64,000 bases of DNA, taken from Candidatus Latescibacterota bacterium (lineage in GTDB: Bacteria; Latescibacterota; UBA2968). The notes below the pieces were generated by a model that was given only the letters and a program-made list of their open reading frames with translations, searched no databases and had not been told where the DNA came from. Positions 57,520 through 64,000 of this stretch are shown here, one piece after another. The first letter of the stretch is position 1; each line of letters opens with the position of its first letter. The position numbers and the translations under genes are program-made. Location of the stretch: contig OZ220741.1 in NCBI GenBank assembly GCA_965116885.1, positions 640,001-704,000 on the forward strand, read 5' to 3'.

Positions 57520-57547
57520 GCCGCCAACTTTACATAAGGACAAACAA

Positions 57548-57580
57548 AACCGCTCTGGTATGACACCAGAGCGGTTTGTT
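57548..57580 (+). terminator. intrinsic terminator
   Basis: AACCGCTCTGGT-N5-ACCAGAGCGGTT followed by TGTT. Confidence 0.7.
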
Positions 57581-57746
57581 CGATCCACCCCTGCGCCTGA
57601 ATCTCTCGGGTTCATTGTAGGAGGAGTCTAACAAGGCGTATTTTCCTTGTCCCCACAGGTGTTAATTCTTTTCCATACCCCGCCGGAATTGGAATACAAT
57701 CCGACTTCCGTGCGGGGTGTGCCATTTGCGCTAAAGGGAGAGACAT

Positions 57747-59726
57747 TTGGCCGAAGAACTGCAATCAAACCCAACAGGTGAACCAGCAAGAGGCATAACA
57801 CTCCGCTCGGTTGCCCTGGGCATTGGAATCGTAATCTTCATCAACCTGTGGGTGACCTATGCCGAGACCGTGGTAAAAACCTCTCGCCTGAACCTGAGCG
57901 TATTTCAAATAACGCTCCTCGCCATCTTCATCATTCTGATCGGGGTAGTCAACCCCCTGATCAAATCTGTAAATCGCCGCTACGCCTTTGCACCCGCCGA
58001 ATTACTATCCGTTGTCGCCATTGGCATCGTCGGTTGCGTCGTGCCCACATCCGGCATCACCGGATTTTTGATCGGCGTAATTTCCACCCCCTTTTATTTT
58101 GCCACACCCGAAAACGGATGGGCCGAGTACTATCACCCCAATCTCAACTCCTGGGTCGTGCCCACCGACCAGGAGGCTGTACGCGCCTTTTACGAGGGCT
58201 TATTGCCCGGCAGTGCTATCCCCTATCGCGTGTGGCTGGCACCGCTGGCGTGGTGGGGTAGCCTTGTGGTGGCCGTATTTGCCGTTTCTGCCACACTGAT
58301 GATTATCTTGCGAAAACAGTGGGTAGAATACGAAAAACTCGCCTATCCCATCGCCGCCGTACCCATTGAAATGTCGCAAGATGCCCTCTCTGCGCGTCTT
58401 CTCCCCGCATTCATGCGCGGGCCCATGTTCTGGATTGCAGCGGCCATACCATTTTTGATTTTTGTCTGGCACTCCCTGTCATGGGCATACCCGCTCCTGC
58501 CCAGCATCGGCATCCTGCCACACGGAGGATATTTTCGCTTCACGCGCTATTCGCCGGGCATGTACATTCAACCCATGCAATTTTTGACCATTGGATTTGC
58601 GTACTTTGCCAATACACAGGTCCTATTCTCAGTCTGGTTTTTCTTTTTACTCCACGTCCTGGAAGGGGGCATCTTTAACCGCCTGGGCTATCAAATCGAG
58701 CGGTCAACCGATTCTTTCAGCGCAGACCCGCCCACCGAAGCCTGGCAGTGTTTTGGCGCACTCGCCTGTCTCGTCGTGTGGCGACTGTGGGTCGCGCGGC
58801 GGCATCTGCGCGATGTCGTCCTCAAAGCACTCGACAAAAATCACCCGGTAGATGACCGCGGTGAAATACTCTCCTACCGATCCGCAGTTTTAATTTTGTC
58901 GTGCAGCCTCATCTACGTCTTATTCTGGCTCATGCAAATCGGGATGGACCTCACCACCGCATTGATTTTTATGTCCGGCGTCGCCGTCATCTACATCGGC
59001 ATCGCGCGCGTGGTATCCGAGGCAGGCGTCGTGTATTCTGGTGCCACCGTAACACCGCAGGCATTTGTCATGGACCTGCGCGGCACCCACGTCATTTCGG
59101 GGAGCAGCATGACGGCCATTGCACTGTCCTATTCCCTCATCGATTATATGCGCGGGTTGTTCACCCCGGCGCTGGCGCAATCGATTAAATTGGGCGACCT
59201 GATCCGCGGCAACCGCCGTCTGTTATTCTATTGCGTGGGCATTGGCGTACTCGCCGGATTTGTCTCTTCGGTATGGCTCATGCTCTATCTGGGCTATACG
59301 CATGGGGCGTACAATTTCCCGCGCTTCCCCTTCTTCAGCGGCGACCCAAAAGGCATCTACGGATCTACCCTTACAATGATGCGAACGCCCAAAGCGCCTG
59401 ACCCAAACCGCATCATCTTTTTTGCCATTGGCGCGGGCGCAATGGCCCTGTTGACATTCTTGAGATACCGATTTTCCTGGTGGCCCATCAACCCCATCGG
59501 CCTGACCATTTCCGCTGCCGATAACACGGCTTCGCTGGTCATGCCCGTATTCATCGCCTGGGTATGCAAAGCCTCTTTGCTCCGCATCGGCGGCGTAAAC
59601 CTCTATCGAAAAGCCAAGCCCCTATTCCTGGGCCTGCTCGTCGGCTACACAGCCGGCGTCGCCTGGTCATTTCTCGTCGATGCGATCTGGTGGACCGGTC
59701 AGGGGCACTCGGTGCATTGGTGGTAA
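57747..59726 (+). CDS. polytopic membrane protein (DUF6785-like, putative transporter)
   Basis: Many TM segments; RKQWVEYEKLAYPI, RVVSEAG, WWPINPIG, PLFLGL; TTG start after GGGAG. Confidence 0.65.
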   Translation: MAEELQSNPTGEPARGITLRSVALGIGIVIFINLWVTYAETVVKTSRLNLSVFQITLLAIFIILIGVVNPLIKSVNRRYAFAPAELLSVVAIGIVGCVVPTSGITGFLIGVISTPFYFATPENGWAEYYHPNLNSWVVPTDQEAVRAFYEGLLPGSAIPYRVWLAPLAWWGSLVVAVFAVSATLMIILRKQWVEYEKLAYPIAAVPIEMSQDALSARLLPAFMRGPMFWIAAAIPFLIFVWHSLSWAYPLLPSIGILPHGGYFRFTRYSPGMYIQPMQFLTIGFAYFANTQVLFSVWFFFLLHVLEGGIFNRLGYQIERSTDSFSADPPTEAWQCFGALACLVVWRLWVARRHLRDVVLKALDKNHPVDDRGEILSYRSAVLILSCSLIYVLFWLMQIGMDLTTALIFMSGVAVIYIGIARVVSEAGVVYSGATVTPQAFVMDLRGTHVISGSSMTAIALSYSLIDYMRGLFTPALAQSIKLGDLIRGNRRLLFYCVGIGVLAGFVSSVWLMLYLGYTHGAYNFPRFPFFSGDPKGIYGSTLTMMRTPKAPDPNRIIFFAIGAGAMALLTFLRYRFSWWPINPIGLTISAADNTASLVMPVFIAWVCKASLLRIGGVNLYRKAKPLFLGLLVGYTAGVAWSFLVDAIWWTGQGHSVHWW

Positions 59727-59862
59727 AGGCGTTATCCGCAGAAAAAAACGCGAATAATTTGAGCGTTTTTCGCAGATGAAGGCAGATAAAAAAGAGGGGA
59801 TGGGGACTGGTGAGTTGGGATGGATAGATTGACCGCTGATAGCTGAAAGCCGTGAGTAAATC

Positions 59863-60300
59863 TCAATGTGAATCTGAGCCTGGATCCTCAGATTCTGTAT
59901 CGAGTGCAGAGAGTATAGATTCTGCCCATTGGACAACAGCCTCGGCAAGCCTCACCGCTTCCCGATATTCTTCTTCATCAACTGATTCTGACACATCACC
60001 GGGATAACGTAAAACAGTTGCATAAACGGACAGCTTTGCAGATTGAGAAAGTTCTGGTATTTTGGAAACATCTTCGGGAAGGAGATCAATCAACCGCTCG
60101 ATAATATGCGTTTTGGGAAAAGCAACCCCTCTGTGTACAAGCACAGCTTTGATGCTCTTTTCTGCTGCCTGTTGGGCATGGAAACACAAAAGCTCGTAAA
60201 AACTATCTTCCGGTAAGGAAACTTGTGCCAGAGCCAGGTCGCCTCTGGCATATCGAATCCAATCAGCCGGTGAACCAGGTGTTGAGACATCAGGCGGCAT
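59863..60300 (-). CDS. HEPN domain protein (toxin partner of MNT)
   Basis: WIRYARGDL, CFHAQQAAEKSIKA, PKTH, RYPG. Confidence 0.85.
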   Translation of the reverse strand: MPPDVSTPGSPADWIRYARGDLALAQVSLPEDSFYELLCFHAQQAAEKSIKAVLVHRGVAFPKTHIIERLIDLLPEDVSKIPELSQSAKLSVYATVLRYPGDVSESVDEEEYREAVRLAEAVVQWAESILSALDTESEDPGSDSH

Positions 60301-60607
60301 AGATTTCTTTCCCTTCTTCTAAGATGCTATAATAGATTAATCCGATGTTATTTTTGTGTCTCTCAAGATCTTCAGGTGTTGCAACCAGAATATCAACGGG
60401 CAGAGGAATACCCCTCATTTCAACGTGAAGATGCTGCGCTGTTCTTCGCCTGTGAACGCCATTGGGCATGACAACGAGCACATCCACATCGCTGTCCGGC
60501 CCCATCTCGCCTCGCGCAGCCGAGCCAAAGAGGATAATCTTGAGCGGGTTGACGACTTCGACAATTCGCTCTACGAGTTGATCAATGACATTCGCATCGG
60601 GTTGCAT
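60290..60607 (-). CDS. minimal nucleotidyltransferase (MNT antitoxin)
   Basis: IILFGSAARG, DSDVDVLVV, PVDILV; overlaps the HEPN start. Confidence 0.88.
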   Translation of the reverse strand: MQPDANVIDQLVERIVEVVNPLKIILFGSAARGEMGPDSDVDVLVVMPNGVHRRRTAQHLHVEMRGIPLPVDILVATPEDLERHKNNIGLIYYSILEEGKEIYAA

Positions 60608-60764
60608 GTTTCACTCCAGAAAGTAGAATCTGTCTCTGCAGAAACATAGCTTGATAGGCGTCAAAAGTCAATGCGAAGGACGATTTCTCAGGGAACTACA
60701 AGGCTGGATTGGTTTTTGTTCGACAAGGCCATCCGAGTTCCCTATATTTTGATGTTGTTGTCGA

Positions 60765-63116
60765 ATGGAGAGACGGCACAATGGAACTGGCAATATGGAC
60801 ACCATAAACAGAAACGAACATCAAGAGCGAGCAACGTCGCAAGTGCTGGAATCTGAAAAAGGCGGTTCTGGGTCCACCCTGAAAATAGGATTGCTGTTAA
60901 TTATCTCATTTGCAATTGCAATGCCGGGCGAAGCATCACTTTCCCCCGGTGATGATGACCTCGACGCCCTGCTCGATGGTGTCGCCGAGATCGCGGCCCC
61001 TGGTGTGCCGAGTTCCTTCTTCGTCTATGGCCCTGAGAGCTTTCCAGTGATCGTGGGTGCCCCGCGCAATGCCGCGGATGCCGTGCGCGCGCCGGTCATC
61101 GCGGCAGGCCGTTGGCAGGCAGGCCGCGTCGTCGCTCTGGGGCACAAAGGCTACTTTAATAGCTCCACACTTGAGAAGGCGGACACCGCACGCCTGATGG
61201 CGAACGCGTTCGCCTGGGTCTCGGGGGGCGGAGCTTCAGCCAGCCCCCGCATTGGCGTCGTCGGTAACGCACAGCTACGCGCCTGGCTGACCAGGACCGG
61301 TCACGATGTGGTCGAAGCTGCCCTGACATCGGAATCGCTGGGAGCGGTGGATGTCGTGGCCGTTGACATGCGGAATCAGAGCGCGCCAGAGCTCGAAGCA
61401 CTGTCGGCGTTCGTGCGCGCCGGAGGTGGTCTGGTGACGGCTGCCAACGGTTGGGGCTGGGCGAGTCTGCACCCAAAACTGGATATCATCAATGACTTCG
61501 CTGGTAACCGCCTGCTCGCACCCATCGGCATCCAGTGGTTAAACAGCTCCCTCAAACGCACATCGCCGGCGGGCTATGCCGTTGCCGAACCACCGTCTGA
61601 ACTGACCCACGCTGTCAAGGCATTCAATGCGGTCAAGGCGCACATCGCAGGCAGGCGTAAGCTCATCCAGCCGGAGGTTGACCAAACTCTGTACACCCTG
61701 GCAAGAACCATCCGCGCTCTGCCTCCGAACGACGTGCTGTTCGCGCCGGACCTGCAGGGTTTTTTTTCGAACTACGAAGAGACCCGCTGGCCCTCGGCGA
61801 AGCACCCGGTGGACGAATCTGATGTAGTCGCCCGCCTGGTCGCTACGCGCTTCGTGTCTGAGCATCACCGCACCCCACCCCAATCCGTGCGCGCTCATCC
61901 TGCGGCCACAGATTTTCCCGGTTCCGTCCCAACCGACGCCCCACGCCTGACACGTAGCCTTATCATCGACACCACCGTGCCTCGCTGGCACTCAACCGGC
62001 CTCTACGCCGCGCCGGGCGATCTGGTCACGGTAACGGTACCGACCCGCGTCGCCAACGGCGGCTTCTTCGTGCGCATTGGCGCCCACAGCGACCAAATTT
62101 GGAGACGGCCAACATGGAAGCGCATGCCCCAAATCAGCTACCGTTTCCCTATCTCCGCTTCCAAGACCCGCGTCGTCAATGCCTTCGGGGGCCTGATCTA
62201 CATCGAAGTTCCAAAGAAGAACCCCGGTTTCGGGCGCATCACCGTTGAGATCGAGGGCGCAGTGGCGGCACCGCTCTTCGTGCTTGGTGAGACAGACCCG
62301 GCCGTCTGGCGTGCGGAGATCCGCCATGCACCGGCTCCCTGGGCGGAAATCGCCGGGCGGAACATGATCGTCACCACCCGCTCTTCCGAGGTGCGCGGAC
62401 TCGACGACCCGACCGCCGTGGCTGAGACCTGGAATCGCGTGCTGGACCTGGCCGCAGACCTGGCCGCCTGGCCGCCCAATGCACGCTCGAGCCCGGAGCG
62501 ATTTGTCGTGGACCGCCAGATTTCGGCGGGTTCCATGCATTCCGGCTATCCCCTGATGGCCCATTTGCCCCATCAGTCCAACCTGGTGGATGCCGAGCAC
62601 ATTCGCTCGGAGGGCAACTGGGGCTTCTTCCACGAGGTGGGCCACAACCACCAGCACAAAGACTGGACATTCGCCGGCACGACCGAGGTGACCGTCAACC
62701 TGTTCACGCTCTACATCTATGAGTTTCTGTGCGGGATCCCGATGGTTGACGGAGAGTTTCCCGGTAGAAGAAAAAGATCATGGGCCGCTCTAATGGCATC
62801 CTACGACTTTGATAATCCTACCTTCGAACACTGGAAGAAAAACGCGTTCCTTGCCCTGATCATGTACGCGCAGATGCAGCAGGCGTTTGGCTGGGACGCC
62901 TATCGGCAGGTGTTCGCCACATACCGCGCCCTGCCCAACGACGAGCGCCCGAAGAACGACGACGAGAAGCGCGACCAGTGGCTGGTGCGCTTCTCGCGCA
63001 CGGTGGGTCGCAACCTCGGCCCGTTCTTCGAGGCCTGGGGGATACCGACGTCGAAGGCCGCGCGGGACTCGATCGCCGACCTGCCAGTGTGGATGCCTCC
63101 CAACTTCCCGCCCTAG
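60765..63116 (+). CDS. M60-family (enhancin-like) metallopeptidase
   Basis: WHSTGLYAAPG, FGGLIYI, APWAE, MHSGYP, WGFFHEVGHN, TEVTVNLF; true start uncertain. Confidence 0.88.
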   Translation: MERRHNGTGNMDTINRNEHQERATSQVLESEKGGSGSTLKIGLLLIISFAIAMPGEASLSPGDDDLDALLDGVAEIAAPGVPSSFFVYGPESFPVIVGAPRNAADAVRAPVIAAGRWQAGRVVALGHKGYFNSSTLEKADTARLMANAFAWVSGGGASASPRIGVVGNAQLRAWLTRTGHDVVEAALTSESLGAVDVVAVDMRNQSAPELEALSAFVRAGGGLVTAANGWGWASLHPKLDIINDFAGNRLLAPIGIQWLNSSLKRTSPAGYAVAEPPSELTHAVKAFNAVKAHIAGRRKLIQPEVDQTLYTLARTIRALPPNDVLFAPDLQGFFSNYEETRWPSAKHPVDESDVVARLVATRFVSEHHRTPPQSVRAHPAATDFPGSVPTDAPRLTRSLIIDTTVPRWHSTGLYAAPGDLVTVTVPTRVANGGFFVRIGAHSDQIWRRPTWKRMPQISYRFPISASKTRVVNAFGGLIYIEVPKKNPGFGRITVEIEGAVAAPLFVLGETDPAVWRAEIRHAPAPWAEIAGRNMIVTTRSSEVRGLDDPTAVAETWNRVLDLAADLAAWPPNARSSPERFVVDRQISAGSMHSGYPLMAHLPHQSNLVDAEHIRSEGNWGFFHEVGHNHQHKDWTFAGTTEVTVNLFTLYIYEFLCGIPMVDGEFPGRRKRSWAALMASYDFDNPTFEHWKKNAFLALIMYAQMQQAFGWDAYRQVFATYRALPNDERPKNDDEKRDQWLVRFSRTVGRNLGPFFEAWGIPTSKAARDSIADLPVWMPPNFPP

Positions 63117-63211
63117 CTTCGGTTTTCAATTATAGATTATGAGAGACAATAACAGGTCAGACCTTGAATGATGAAAAGACCATATATTTATCTAATCTTA
63201 TCCTACTGAAG

Positions 63212-63243
63212 AGGCGTCTTGAGTGCATTCAAAGACGCCTTTT
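63212..63243 (+). terminator. intrinsic terminator after the M60 peptidase
   Basis: AGGCGTCTT...AAGACGCCT followed by TTT. Confidence 0.65.
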
Positions 63244-63414
63244 ACCTGCTTAACACCGCACGGTCGGAGGATTTTCTAATGGGACGATGATGAACAGGAT
63301 AAAAGCGAAAACATTGTCAGAAGCGGTGTACAACTGGTCGATTTTCAGACCAGTTCATCAGGATGAGCAGGATGGAAGGATGAACAGGATGATAAATGCC
63401 AAAAAGGAGAACCC

Positions 63415-64000
63415 ATGCCCATAACCGATGCCCTTCCCGACATGAAACGGGAACTGAAATTTTATCCAGCAAAAAATAACGCGCCAAAAAAACTGACGCG
63501 CGAGCAAATCCAGTACTTCAACGAAAAGGGATACCTCTTCCCCCTCGACGTCTTCTCAAAAAAAGAAACCGAAGCCAATCGCGCGTACTTTGACAAGCTC
63601 ATGAACAAAGCACAGGCCGCGGGCAAAAACAGCTACTCAATCAACGGGTGGCACCGCAGTTGCAAAGGCATCTACGACCTGCTCGTCGATAACCGCATCC
63701 TCGACTACGTCGAAGACCTGCTCGGCCCCAACCTCGTCTCGCGCATGACCCATTACTTCAACAAAATGCCCGGAGACGGCAAAAAAGTCGCCTTCCACCA
63801 GGACGCATCCTACTGGCCCCTCACACCCTCCAAAACCGTAACCGTCTGGCTCGCCATAGACGATGTTGACCTGGCAAACGCCCCCATGGAAGTCATCCCC
63901 GGATCGCATCTCCACGGACAAATACCCTTTGAACGCAGCACACCGAAAGAAAATAACGTCCTCGGACAATCTGTTCACCACGCCGAAAAATTTGGCGACC
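63415..64000 (+). CDS. phytanoyl-CoA dioxygenase (PhyH) family Fe(II)/2OG enzyme, 3' truncated by the window
   Basis: AAGGAG RBS, ATG 63415; my translation gives FNEKGY, VEDLLGPN, FHQDASYWPL, TVWLAIDD, IPGSH. Confidence 0.85.
   Translation, partial: MPITDALPDMKRELKFYPAKNNAPKKLTREQIQYFNEKGYLFPLDVFSKKETEANRAYFDKLMNKAQAAGKNSYSINGWHRSCKGIYDLLVDNRILDYVEDLLGPNLVSRMTHYFNKMPGDGKKVAFHQDASYWPLTPSKTVTVWLAIDDVDLANAPMEVIPGSHLHGQIPFERSTPKENNVLGQSVHHAEKFGD

Noticed and set aside
1..64000. tRNA, rRNA, transposase or integrase genes
   Set aside because: No recognisable signatures found; the mobility of the CRISPR island is inferred only from composition and context.

Overview
Bacterial genomic window. Its gene content (four sulfatases, TonB receptor + T9SS-CTD-like protein + PorV cassette, GWxTD proteins, DUF1552/DUF1592 pair) suggests an FCB/PVC-neighbourhood lineage such as Latescibacterota; this is inference only. 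The centrepiece (about 3.6-19.1 kb) is a type III-B (Cmr) CRISPR-Cas locus with no cas1/cas2. It has cas6, cmr1-cas10(GGDD intact, no HD)-cmr3-[CARF + RelE-like]-cmr4-cmr5-cmr6, a decayed second CARF gene and a 32-repeat array. Just upstream is a gene fusing an NE0113-type CARF domain to a sigma54 enhancer-binding AAA+/HTH module. Directly downstream of it are two homologous, identically spaced sigma54 promoter cassettes (tandem palindromic UAS, IHF-like site, perfect -24/-12 box), one in front of cas6 and one in front of a DUF1232/YkvA gene that precedes the cmr operon. My main hypothesis is a cyclic-oligoadenylate-gated sigma54 transcriptional circuit for type III CRISPR. The rest of the window is mostly metabolic or envelope genes: sulfatases, a GT4, a K+ channel, an argR-argC-GNAT-argB-argD operon with ARG boxes, an S9 peptidase, a beta-CASP nuclease, a MNT-HEPN pair, an M60 peptidase and a PhyH-family gene, with several families of short intergenic repeats. 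All family assignments are from motif recognition by eye, not database searches.
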